NCBI GenBank assembly: GCA_965637545.1
Contig: OZ281495.1
Coordinates: forward strand, 26,784,001-26,848,000
Direction: 5' to 3'
Source: Phallusia mammillata
Lineage: Eukaryota
Length of the DNA: 64,000 bases
Shown: positions 49,993-62,645 of the stretch, piece by piece
Layout: every line of letters starts with the position of its first letter
Position numbering within the stretch: position 1 is the stretch's first letter
Position numbers and translations under genes: made by a program
The notes under the pieces: generated by a model
The model's database searches: none
What the model was told of the DNA's origin: nothing
Seen by the model: the letters and a program-made list of their open reading frames with translations, nothing else

Positions 49993-52900
49993 TTACTTTT
50001 GCATCTTAAGATCACGGATGGCTTTCTGTTTGCGCGCCATGTAGGTTTGCGCCATTGAGTTCACGATTGAGATAACAAAGTAAAGAACCATGACAATGAT
50101 CAGCTTTTCAAAGAACCAAGCCAACCAACTTTCAGACTGGTGAGAAACAATGAGTTAAAAACGAGAACAAGAAAAAAATAAATTAAGGTTGGTTAATGCT
50201 AACATGTCCAAGTTGTCAAACCGGGCCGGGTTAGGGCTTGAGTTTAAACAAAACTAGTCCAGTGTTGTATGCGTAATGTAAGTAAAAAGATTAAATAGAA
50301 AGATTCAACGAAACATCCGCAATATGTAAGTCAAAAAGAGGGCAATAACATTTCCTAAAAGTACACAACATTAAGAATTACTCAGCTTGTGGATCAAAAT
50401 GAAATGCTACTGCGTCATAGGAACACAGGGCTCGAAATGAGATACTAATTTTATAACACAACGTTAGAAATGGAAACGCAACAATAAAAATCCTCAACAC
50501 AGGCTAAATTAACATTTGAGGATCTTTAGAGCAAAAGTACAAGCACATATACAATTTCTTACCGCTGGTAATTGCGTTCCCACTTTGTGGTGAAAATTTG
50601 CTTTCTGCTTTTGAAGAAACTCCTTAAACGGAGCCTGCAGATGGCGCCCAAGAGCTGGAATATACCTAAAAGTATACAGGACACAGTATAAACATTGTTA
50701 AAATAGTGCAAGCATTTGTAAGTACAGTAACACTATCTTGGAGATTTTAAGCATCGATACATTTGGCACTTTTATGCAGTTTAATCTTACCCGAGCCAGT
50801 CGACTAGCATTTCAACATGATGTTTGCTAAACGTCATTACAATGAACAATTTCTGGATGTGCATTTTGATTACAGCTTTTCCAATTAATGTTGCACCAAA
50901 AAACGTCCAAAAGGGAACAAGAAAGTGGCCACATGTGATTCCGGCAAGATCAAAAAGTGGGTTCGGAATCTGAAAAATAGTTTAATCTACTGCATCATAT
51001 AATTTTGATACAATTTAATACAGTGCTTGCCCCCATATAGGTTGCTGAAAATTCTGCTGGGTTGCCTGTTTTTGTGACAATAAGAGTTTTGACTTCGTTT
51101 CATTGCATTATTTTCCAAGGTTTTAAATTGTATTTTCATGAAAACTAATTCTGTTGGTGTTGTCATAACTTATGTGTTAACTCACTGCTGAGCGTTATCT
51201 GGCTGATATGCTTTATACCAGCTCTAAAGTTCGGGTTAAATGAAAATGAATAATATTTGATTGATTTTTTGATTTCAAAAAGCTTTCCGGATTTACAGAA
51301 AAAATACAACCAAATAGTAAGAATGTATGTTCATGGGGCCCAAGAAACCACAAAACAACATTTTTAAGTATTTGGGTCGTGTCAAAAATAGCCCGGAAAC
51401 CACAGGTTTAGTGCATAGTTTACACAGTGAAATAAAAACAGCAGCAAAATATTTTTTTCTGCTGTAACTTACCGATGCACACAATAATATACCAAAGAAG
51501 CCAACTTTCTGCACCAGCTTTTTCATGCCAATTTTAACCCTGGTACTTATACTATCATCATCAGGGGAGTCAGCTTCAAACATTTGAGCAGCTTCCTCAT
51601 AATCTTCATCATCAGGGTCAATACCAGAAAGTGTGGCTGCTCGTGCCATGAAATAAGGTGGAAGTTCACCCAAAGCAGTTCCAGCACCCTACACAATTTT
51701 TTATTTGCATTTTCGTCTTGAAAGAAACATCAGCATTTTCAGAAAACTATACTGCATTATTATTATTATCAAAATTTGACATCAGTTAAGTATTTAATAA
51801 ACCCAAGTCACATGTATTCACAAATTATGGTTTCAAACAAAACTTATCATTTAACATGCCACAGTGTATTCTGCAAATTAAGAAATGCATCTAACAACCA
51901 GTGTAAAAAATAGTTTATGACTTTTTAGTCATAGTTACTATACACATTTTAATGTTAGCCACTGTTAAACCATTAAGATAGCAACCTAACATATGTGATT
52001 GGGTGTTAACTCAACAAACAAAGTAGTTCTACAAGGCTTGTGCATCCAAGCAACAAATTACTGCAGTTACTATGCTGCTAAACTTTTAACGTTTAACATC
52101 ATTTCGACTGGTACATACCCACATAAATGCTTCCAATCGTACTTTGCTTATAATTGTCCAAATGGTCATGGTGTCTTCCATTTGCTCTGGACAAACAATT
52201 CTGCAAAAAAGTTGTTACACAAAAACGACCAACAAAAAACTCAAATTAATGACAATTTTAGAAAAAAGATTGGCACATGAAACACTTAAACAGCATGGAA
52301 TCAAAACAGTTAGATTTTAGCACAAAAACAGAGATTTCCAGGTTTTAGCAATGTGGCATGCATTTATAAACATACAAAATGTGACAGCCAGAACACACAA
52401 ATAAACTTTCTAAACATAGATACTCACTGGTCAGGATATGGAGGTTCTGGAAAATCAACAGACATGCACTCAAAAGCAGCAAGCGTTACACCAGCAATGT
52501 GAGGCCCAAGGTAAAGGAGAAAGGTATGTAAACCAGTTCCAAGTCCAACAGAAGACAAGATGCCCAAACCAACCCAGTAAGCACACCAAGCAATAACTTT
52601 GTTCCATTTGCATAAATACTAAAATGATTTTTTTTAAATGTCAATTAAAAAAACAAACAAATATTATGTGTCATGCCCTAAACTTAGACTTTAATGCTGC
52701 AGAAAAAAACAGTGAAATAATTTCATGTTATTAACACGTTGACTGCCAAGGGATATTCCTATGTTGTGCTCAAACTTGCCAAATATGTTTTAGTGGCGTT
52801 CTGAAATCAAGTCGAAATATTTTGTGTGCCATGCTATGAGTTAACTCGTAGGTAACATGCTGGTGTAGGGGTCTCGACGTTGCCACCAATGCATCGACGA

Positions 52901-53928
52901 CGTTAGTTCGAGAGGCCAGCTCGTTTTAAGTGCGTTGCAATGAAAAAAGTCTACTACAAGTATACTCGTATCTGGCAAGACTGGCTAGATCGGCAACTAT
53001 GAGATAACTCGTAGTTGGCAGGCAAAGTGATAACTTGTGTTAGGACTTCGGTACAATGCAACAGACACTTACCTCTGTGTGGGGACCTTCATTGTAATAC
53101 AAAATGATTGCAAATAAACATAAGGCAAGTACCAAAGCTGATGTTTTTCTCCTCATCAACCTACCAAAGAAGTATAATGCAACAGTCAAAGCAAAACTCA
53201 TTGCTATAATGCAAAATTTACCTAATATTCTGACTGAAAATACCAACATTTGACACAGAAATACAAAAGCAAACTGTCATCAAAGGTTTAAATCAGATGC
53301 GTTAGAACAAAGTTAACACACCTAATTATTAGTTGCCGAATCTTAATGCTGAGTTCAATGATGAAATAATACAAAGTTCTAAAGGGTTGCCTCCAAATTA
53401 CAAGTCTGCTTCTCTCTTCCCTGTCCTTTAATTTCATTTCATGCATAACACTGTCATAACTGGACCGTACTGAACCTAATAAAAAACAAAAAAAATTAGG
53501 TGTGCTGAGACATTTAAATAAACTAGTGTAACAAGGTTGATGGATAAATTAGGTCATAACAACATATTTCCATAGTACCTGAAACATGTTTGGACAGAAA
53601 ATAATACAGTTTATTGCAAGTTGTCAAGCACTACCAAATCATTATTTGCATATCACATACATTTAACACATTTCATATTCATGATCAGCATTTAGATCTG
53701 TTTAGTGACACAACATACACATACGACTAACTTGTATTTAAGATACCTACCATCCATTCTTGTCATTTCATCTATGCCGTCTTCAATCACCAGACTTACG
53801 TCCTTACCGACATCAATTGGATCTTCTGATGAAAGTGAATCTCGACTGACAGAAGTTGGCAGTAATGTTCTTCTTGGCGCTGTAAATCTTCGGAGATTTT
53901 TAGTTGCTAAAGACTTTAAGAAATACAT
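49993..53928 (-). CDS. VMP1: Vacuole membrane protein 1 (TMEM49, VTT/DedA domain), ~9 coding exons (approx. 53751-53928, 53321-53476, 53073-53160, 52428-52618, 52118-52201, 51472-51688, 50791-50969, 50563-50664, 49993-50136)
   Basis: [87 protein letters not shown]. Start codon and some exon edges are approximate. Confidence 0.94.
52731..53033. mobile_element. piggyBac-like MITE in a VMP1 intron
   Basis: TTAA-CACGTTGACTGCCAA .. TTGGCAGGCAAAGTG-ATAA: degenerate TIRs with a TTAA-like target. Confidence 0.6.
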
Positions 53929-54274
53929 ATGATCTAAGGAGATTCACATTGGCCTTAATGATTGTAAATTCAGAACCAGATTTTCCAACTAAACTTTTAA
54001 ACAACTTGTGCAGAACACCATGCACCAGTCTCAGAATAATGGACTTTAATTGTCTGCATGGTGACTAGTCACATAAGTAAACACTTCTTTTCTTCATTTG
54101 CTAATCACAAGAGTTGTAAACCAGATCAGAGCTGACGTTTTCACTTAAAGGTTCAAAGTCCATAATTTGGCAACAAGGCAGCATCATAAACAATCCATAT
54201 TGCAACACATTATATGATTACGACGGCCATATAGTGGCCAGGGTTTTATGTGACAGCAAATCATAACAACTTAC

Positions 54275-54868
54275 ATTTGCGCTGGGTTGAAGGTTGACTT
54301 CCTATTTTCGATACTTCGCGGCTTCAGCTCTGATCAATAAGCATGATGCATTCATTTGAATTCAATCACGCGTATCGATGGCTATGTGTTCAATTTGATG
54401 TGTGTAAAAAAACGTCACTTTCAAATCATTTATGTTTTATATGCCAAGATAATCTAATTTTTATATTCGTGTCATAACTTTCCTTTTGATTAGTTTTTAA
54501 CGGTTTATTGTACTTCTTTGGTAAAGACCTAAAAAAACTTTATTTAAGCGGAAGTGACCGAACATAGTTTTTTTTTGTTATGTGCTTTTTTGAATACTCG
54601 GCTCTGTTAATAAATAAATCTAAAGTTATGTACGTATGCTAATACAAAGTTTAAAATTTATGGACGAATGACTTTTTAACACGCATGACTTCACATTCAC
54701 AGACATGTTGTTGAAAAAATACTGGTAAAAAACAGGAAAGATTTATGAGAAAATATTGGAAAGTCGTGAAAAATGCTGGTTTGTCACACATGTTTAACAT
54801 CTTAAAGATTTATTTTCAGATCATTTAAAATTAATATTCGGCAAACAAAATGTAACCGCGTCCAAAAA
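54275..54868. promoter_or_regulatory. Probable bidirectional promoter of VMP1 and MRPS30, with ETS/GABP-type motif GCGGAAGTG at 54548-54556
   Basis: Divergent housekeeping genes whose start codons are <1 kb apart. Candidate VMP1 5'UTR exon donor (gtaagt) near 54274. Motif function is inferred. Confidence 0.5.
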
Positions 54869-57800
54869 ATGTCTGTAAAGCGTGCATCTTTAGACTTTAC
54901 CAAGCGTTGGGTGTTTGCATCGCCTAATTCGAGTGAGATAGTTTCGCGTCAGATTTCCACCGGCGGGTATTTGCACGAGAAGAAAAAAGCTTACTTTGAT
55001 AAGAGATGGATGCGACAGGCTGGCAAGCCACTGCCTTGGAAATTATACAAAGAACCAATTTTGGCAAGCAATCGGAGAAAGACATGGGGTAAGCATTATG
55101 TCCCGTGGCTATGTTAAAGATATCTTTTTTACTCTGATTTAATTATGTTAAAAAAACGGGAAATAGAGAAGCCCTACTACAAACCCACACCTTTACTACC
55201 ATTGAGTTTAAAAACAGGTTGCAGGGAAATAACCTGTAAAACAGTTTGTGGGTTTTAATTAGTTCCTTCTCGAGAAATTTTTCTTGAGAAATTCTCTTCA
55301 AGAAAGTCGAGTCTCGATTCTTGAGAAATAATTAAAAGTTTCTCAAGAAAAATTATGTCACGTATCTTAAACAAAAGGTAAATGCGACACCTATTATTAC
55401 GTGTATTTTTCGTTTCAACTCGCCTCTAATAACTTTCTTATTTTGCTTCCGAAACAGCGATTTTTAACGTGCGTTGCCACTAAACTTTCACCTTTCCCAG
55501 GCAGTAGTCATGCCTGGTTGCGTAAGATCTATAACAGTTGTTTTGTTTTTTGCTGGTTTGCTAGCGAATCACTACTTGCGATCGCTACTAGAAGCGAAAA
55601 AACGTACAATCGGAATTTTTTGGTTTGTTTTTGTTACAAAATCGGCTTAAATAAAAGTTTCGAGACTCGAGACTCTCGAGAAATGGATTTTTAATTTCTC
55701 GTTTCTTGAAAAACGAAAAAAGTCGAGAAATAGAGGAACCCTAGTTTTAAGTTTATGCAAAAAATTTTCAGAATATCCTGTTTCGGACACTGATAAGGCA
55801 AGTTGGAAACACAGTCGATGGTTTGACCAATACTCACAAAGATGGATCCCTTTTCATCCACGTGCACAAGGATTTGATATCAACTATAAGAGGAAAAGAG
55901 AAGCACTTTTTGATGCTGAAAATGTAAGTCTTGATTAGTGGTGAGATATTCCCAATAATTTGTCGGTAAATGTGGATTTTGCCAGCTGCATACTAGGGTT
56001 CCTCTATTTCTCGACTTTTTCGTTTCTCGAGAAACGAGAAATTAAAACTTCATTTCTCTAGAATCTCGAGAGTCTCGAAATTTTTATTTAAGCCGATTTT
56101 GTAACAAAAACAAACAAAAAACATTCCAATTGTATGTTTTTTTGCTTTTAGTAGCGATCGCAGGTAGTGATTTGCTAGCAAACCAGCAAAAACCTAAGCG
56201 ACTGTTAGTCCGAGTTTTAGATATAACACAACTAAGCGTGACTGCTGCTTAGGAAAGGTGAAAGTTTACCAGCAACGTACGTCAAAAATCGCTGTTTCGT
56301 TAGCAAAATAAGACAGTAATGTGTCCAGTGCGCTCAAAGGGCGAGTTGAAACGAAAAAAAAAGTGATGTAATTTTTCTCGAGAAATTTTTATTTATTTCT
56401 CGAGAATCGAGACTCGATTTTTTCGAGATTTCTCGACGAGAATTTCTCGAGAAGGAACTCTACTGCATACTCAGCTTGATATAGATAAAAAATGTCTATT
56501 TACACACAGACGAATGAGAAATAAAATAGCCAACATAGACTTAAGTGACATGGTTTGTTGTTGAAACATAATAGCATGAGCATTTGCTGAGACACCTGAA
56601 CAGTAAAGGATGTCACTTTTTTTCATCTGTATAGGCCAGTGATTCTCAAACCCAGCTTTCAGGGCCGCATGCGGCTCCCAACAACTTGTTTTGAGGCTCG
56701 CATCAAACCTCAGAAAGCCACAAAATATTGCTATTTTAGCTTTCAAAGTATCAATCTTTAGTGATTTTTTAGTGAAGGTTTCATTTTTTTGCAGCTCCCT
56801 ACACACTTAAAAACTACCATTTGGCCCCGACAATAAAAAAGTTTGAGAACCGCTGGTATAGGCCAATATATTTCTCAATAGACTTTTGAACAATTCTGTA
56901 GCAAAATCTTCCAAAGTACACACAGATTGTATTGTCGATAGAGTTAATTTGGGTTGTTTGCAGTTAAGTTTCATTACACCTATAATACAACACTTTGTCC
57001 TGTCAAAAGTTAAGATATTTCTGCAGGTATTTGCAAGAAAACTTGATCAAACTGAGTGAAACATAATTGCTTCGTATTTTTTTGCAGCTTCAGCAGCTTT
57101 TTCCTCTACTCCTTGACAACCACAACTACAAAAAATACATCATCCGCCCATTCAACCACCAATTTTCTACCACCAATATGTCATACTTTTATCAGCACCT
57201 GACACACACGAAATATGTTCATGGATTGCCTTATCAAGTTGAAAATGCAACTGTTAGTAAAGAGGAAATAGACAATTTAGAACGAGTGGTTCAAGACTCT
57301 TTATTATATACCTCTATGCATTCTGATGAAAATGATTCTTTGGTAAATATATATGCTCATTTCTTTTGTTGAAAGCAACACAATATGCATTAATTTTTAT
57401 GTTTACAAATAAAATCATGCAGTGCAGCATGTTTTAAAAAATTAAATAAAGGCTACATGTCAATGTGCAAGTTGTGGAAGTTGCCTAAACATGTAAAAAT
57501 CATCTAAATAACCAATGTAAAAAATGTGTTTAGAAAAAGCATGAACAAAAGAAACAAATTCTCACAAGAATCTTTCAGTATCTTGTCAGTTCACAAATCT
57601 CAGAAAATGAATTTTTGGAAAACAGTATTGTAGATTATGATGCAAACAACTCAATGTTTTGGTTTCGAGGAAGAGGATTTTTGAAATGGACTAAGAGTGA
57701 TGATTTACCAGTAGCCTATCAGAGTCACGATTCTCCACTTTTGCAGGTAACACAAGGTTATTACACACTATTTAGTAAGTTAGATACTCTTATATTGGTG

Positions 57801-60800
57801 CCTGGCGACCTTAGGGTGTTTGATATTTCTGTGATTATTTTTATTACATATAATTTTGTTTGTTGGAAATAGATTCAATAAAATGAAATGATTGCATGTA
57901 TTGTACTAAATTGTTTTGAAGTGTTGCATCAATAAGTTTCTGTGTACTACATGCTTCTTTTGTTTGTTTGTTTTTTGAATTTATTGTTTTTCTGTATCCT
58001 ACTCTGGTGGAATTGTAAATATCTTCCCTTGTTAAAAAATGATTGTTTTTTAAAATAAAAGTGTTTTGGAACATTATGCAGAGATTTGTTTATAAGTTTA
58101 ATGCCCTGTCACTTTATAGTTATTTATGCCATTGTATTCGTCACAAATGTGTATTTTAAAAATATTTGTTACTTTAGAATGTGTCAATTATATTCTGAAA
58201 AACTTTATGCATTTGGAACAGATACGCTCTGACAAACAACTTTCAAACTTTTCAAATACTGCTGGTAACTTTTCTATGTCTGGGGAAATTCCAACATTCT
58301 ACACAACCCCACATGTTTTAGGGGTGCCCCGTGACCAGTACAGAAATTCAATATCAGCAGGTAAGTCAAATTGCTTTGTCTTTTTGTTGTTGTTCCAACT
58401 TTCAATTGTTGATATTTTGCAGGTTATCGAATGTTCGTTGGGAACCAGTATGTGAACTACCAGACTGCTCTTAATGATGAGCGTCTCGGTGATTTGGTGC
58501 CTCCGATTCGCACTGATCAACCATACGGTCACACCCAGTTGCATCTGTTACCCCATGAGTAAGACTGCACATTTATATTCATAATATGTTTATTTACTAA
58601 AGTCGTACTCGTAATCCCATAATAAGGATTTGACATGTGCAACTTACATGGCAGCAGCGTAGCATTTGTGATTCGACTTTTGGCAAGTGTGCCACTGAGC
58701 CAGTTAGCAAATAGAGCTCTTCTGGCAATAAAATTACATTTGCTAGAAGAGCTCTATAAACTTGATATTATGCCTGCAGCAATATATAGCTTATGTATCA
58801 AATTGAGGTGGTTGGTTTATAGTCAGGGTTGCCATACCGTCCTTATTTCTAAGATTTGTCCTTATTTTGAAGGGTTATGTCTTAGAAACGTTTATTGTCC
58901 TTATTTCTAAGAAATGTCCTTCTTTTTGACTTGCGTCCTTATTTTGTCTTATTTTCAACAATTACAAGGAACAAACTAGTGAAATGACAGTCAAATTCCT
59001 GCTATAAGTAAAAGTAAACCTAGACCTGAGCTGTCATGAGATGCACGAAGTATTCTTTATAAACAAGGAGTTGCTGGAACAGATTGTTTCTGGTCCAAAT
59101 ATTGCATATGATATGTCATGGCTCGTATACATGCAAATATTTGTTCAAAAACGTTTGTTTCGTTTCGTATGAAAAGTTAATTTTTCGGTTGTCCTTATTT
59201 TTGGTTTCATGTCGATGGCAACCCTGTTTATAGTGCTTTTCAACCTTTTTTTGGCCCATGCCCCCTTTGTTGTGATCCGATTGTACCTTTGTGATTAATA
59301 TAACAACTAAAGGACGTGTCAGGGCGTTTTTTATACAGAACAAATACAAATGTTAATATATTTTAGGACAAAGAAATTCATATTAGTATGCCATTTAGAC
59401 CACACTAATTAATTCCTTTTCAGAATTAAACAATTTTACATTTGCCAAAAAGTTTTGAGACATTATATGAAACCGTCACACATGTCACGTTTTCTCCATA
59501 GCTACTCCCGTGATTGGTATGAGGATGGTATGGAACATGGTGATATCACAAACGAGATTGAAGAGCATTTGAAGGCCAATGGTATAATGAGTGGATGGGT
59601 GTGGAATGCAGCACAAGCTCACTTTGATATGCACTGGATGGACAATGATATCGCCCAACCCTACTGCTCACAGGTACAACATTCCACAACTGTTGTGTGT
59701 TTGTTTGGAATAATTTTGTGGTGTGGCTAAAAAATGCAAACATTTTGTAATGCAAATGTCAATCTGAAGCATGTGGTAGTCATGTATTTATTTATCATTC
59801 AGTTATACCAGTGGTTCTCAAACTCGGTTTTCGGGGCCGCATGCGGCTCCCAACTACTTATTTTGCGGCTCGCACCAGACCTCAGAAAACCACCAAACAT
59901 TGCTATTTTAGCTTTCAAAGTCATAATCTTTAGCGATTTTCTCAAGGTTTCGTTTTTTTGCGGCTCCCTACACACTAAAAAAATACCATTTGGCCCCGAC
60001 AATAAAAAAGTTTGAGAACCACTGAGTTATACTAAACACTAGGGATGGGCCAAAAATGCAAACGTTCTGTTTGGTCAAACATTAAGCACCTCATGTTAAT
60101 GCTCCATGCTCTGAGGTCGGTGCATTGTGATGTCACAAACATTCTCAATTCCATACTAGTTTTATAGCTTTCCAAGGGTCCTTATGTCACCAATGTGTAT
60201 TAGGCTGTACAGGCCCCAAAAATATGCATATTTTCACTGTCTGAAACCTTAAAAAAAAACAGTTATTTTGGTTCTTGGATACCCTTTCAAACGCTAGTTT
60301 TGTATGTTAGCAGGACATGAATATGCAAATGTAATGCCTGGGTCAGTTTGTGCAACTGCTTATGCGGAGCATCAAAAACAGCGACACTCGGTCCAAGTAC
60401 TCAGGTTCTGGCTCTGCTCCGGCCATTGCTGCTAAGCAAATCTCTATGTGTATTGCACTATTATAGCTCAATGTTTTATTGCTATTTTTTCTTTCACCAA
60501 GTGAAATAAACTTAACTCAACATGTTGTATGCTAATTATTACTAACCAAAAGAACTGAACAATGTGTGCAATATATGCCTTATCATTTACTGTGTTTATT
60601 ACAGACTATTGTGACAGATGGACAGTGGTTGTCCTTCTTTTGCTACCAACTCAACACAATAGCGATTGACCCTGACAATATTGAATCAAATTCAATGAGA
60701 AACTTATGCTATGGAAAAACTAGTGTGAAGGTATTATACAGACATGCCCCTTTTTTCATTTATATACAGTTCAATTTTGTTGGTGGCTGGATAGTGACAA

Positions 60801-61547
60801 TATAATCAGAAAATGCATTTTGTATCTTTAAAAGGTGCTAGAGTATTTAATTATTCTTGCAGGCAACTTTTGTTGATGTTCAGTTTGGGCAAAAAAATCA
60901 GTTTAGAGAACTGAATGGCACTGAATGGTTTTAGTGTTATGCCACTTTCAATTTTTTTGTTTTTGCCCCAATAATAGTTATTGTGCTCTTTGCTTGATTA
61001 AGCGATTATTCATACTTTATGCACTGAAAACTTTTATAAATAAGTAATAACCATATTTTGTGACCTAGTTGTATGAAATATCTCCTGACGGGGCCATAGA
61101 GGTAAACCAAGAAGCGTTGGAACTTTTAATGAAATTCATTTCAACTGGGGCTGCTCGGCACCGCCACCTTGCGGATGACTCAGAAGCCACTGAAGCCCAT
61201 GATTTAACATTACCGGTCCAAGAACCTGATCCTGAAAAGTAAGTGCCTTTAGCATGTCCGCAATGGAAACAAGTCTACCTTTTCCAAAGAATCATTCGTA
61301 TAGTACAGTATATTTGAAAACAATAGCTAAAGCCCTTTTCGGTTTCACGTTCTGTTGTATTGATTTTTTACACAGCCCCGCACTGGAATGCCAGAAACCT
61401 TTGCACAAAGTAGAACTGGAAAAAGAACTGGCCAGGCAAAAGGAGGAAGAAAGTAACTCGGCAAAACAATTAGCAGAATCAGCACAACCAGAGGAAGAAG
61501 TGACTATGCCCAAACGACTACTTAGAATCTTGGGCAGCAAGCGATGA
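54869..61547 (+). CDS. MRPS30: Mitochondrial ribosomal protein mL65 (MRPS30/PDCD9 family), ~10 exons (approx. 54869-55088, 55772-55923, 57088-57342, 57534-57746, 58222-58360, 58423-58558, 59424-59673, 60605-60730, 61069-61238, 61376-61547)
   Basis: FWFRG, QIRSDKQL, YGHTQLHLLP, LKANGI..AAQA, SQTIVTDGQWLSFFCYQLNT, RNLCYG..LYE. These match recalled MRPS30 motifs better than paralog MRPL37. Confidence 0.85.
55260..55743. mobile_element. hAT-type MITE (CTCGAGAA family), copy A
   Basis: TAGTTCCT..AGGAACCCTA; TSD GTTTTAAT/GTTTTAAG. Confidence 0.85.
55994..56462. mobile_element. hAT-type MITE (CTCGAGAA family), copy B, inverted relative to A
   Basis: TAGGGTTCCT..AGGAACTCTA; perfect TSD CTGCATAC. 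Confidence 0.88.
56637..56855. mobile_element. hAT MITE (GGAGCCGC family)
   Basis: Perfect TSD GTATAGGC; CAGTGATTCTCAAAC/GTTTGAGAACCGCTG. Confidence 0.9.
58824..59226. mobile_element. hAT MITE (CAGGGTTGCCA, GTCCTTATTT repeats)
   Basis: TIRs CAGGGTTGCCAT/ATGGCAACCCTG; perfect TSD TTTATAGT. Confidence 0.88.
59809..60024. mobile_element. hAT MITE (GGAGCCGC family)
   Basis: Perfect TIRs CAGTGGTTCTCAAAC; perfect TSD AGTTATAC. Confidence 0.9.
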
Positions 61548-61857
61548 ATTAAATCTAGTGTTGTTGCCACTAGTTATACGCATTGAACCACATTGTCAAA
61601 AATAGAGTTAAAAATACAACATTGTCTGTGATAGGGGCATTAGGATGCTTGGATTTGTAATTTGGTTTCCTTTGTAGGCTACTACGCGATGTACTATGTT
61701 TCTGTTTCATTTACAATATCTTACATTTTGGCAGACTGTAAACCCACATAAAGTTTCAGTGGCGAAAGAACATTATACACCGTAAACAACATTTTGCAAA
61801 ACAAATAAAAAGTTCGATGATTTTTCGAAAAGTTTTTATTCACACCATTAGTTAAGG

Positions 61858-62307
61858 CGGTGGTTCTCAATTTTTTTTTTGTTGCGACGCCCCTGGACAA
61901 GTTTTTCTGGACTTGCGACGCACCAGCAAAAAAATAATAATAATGTAGAAACTTAAGATGAACATAAATTCATAACTGGGATCAGCATTGAAGCGTCTAT
62001 GCAGACCAGCGATCACGGCACACTCATATATAAATCACAGTACGCCAGGCCCATTGAAGGCGCGCTTTAAAAGACTCCTGTCGTGGGTTCGAATCCCACC
62101 GGCAGGCTAGATTTTTCTAGCCTACGCCTTGCCATATGGTGGTGAATGCTTGGTGACCGGCTGATTCGGTATAGCGCCTTCAATGGGCCTGGCGTACTGT
62201 GAGTAATGTAGAAACTTATTATTAATACAACAACAAAAAGCCAGGAAACGAAACTATTCTGCGACGCCCTTGGAAAGTTAAAGCGACGCACAGTTTGAGA
62301 ACTACTG
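61858..62307. mobile_element. hAT MITE (GCGACGC family) containing a rearranged SINE
   Basis: Perfect TSD AGTTAAGG; ends match the 31782 element. Confidence 0.88.
61956..62203 (-). mobile_element. tRNA-derived SINE with 5' inversion
   Basis: 3' part on - (61956-62063); 5' part with B box GGTTCGAATCC on + (62072-62202); 15-bp TSD TAATGTAGAAACTTA. Confidence 0.85.
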
Positions 62308-62645
62308 AGTTAAGGAATATGTGTTCAATGATACAAACATGGGCGCCTGCAGGTAAGTTTTGTGTCGCAGTTTCAAAACCTTTCGGACTCGGACTTACTT
62401 CAAAGAAATCAAGCTTGCAATTAGGACACGCTTGTATCACTGGTATGGCTTCCTTTTGTAAGTCCATCGGTTCTTGCAATATACTCAGGTACCTACTGGG
62501 TGACACATGGAAACCAATGGAAACATTTCTGCTCAACAGCATAAAAATATGAAAAAAACTTTTTTAACGAAACAAAACATGGACCAAAAGTTTGTTCTTA
62601 TACCCTTGAAATGATGTGCGGATCAAATTCGGTGGATGCAACATA

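Noticed and set aside
62222-62542. 106-aa minus-strand ORF, seemingly extended by a MITE landing in its stop codon
   Set aside because: The GPCR frame already stops at 62646. This ORF lies in the probable 3'UTR and has no recognisable homology.
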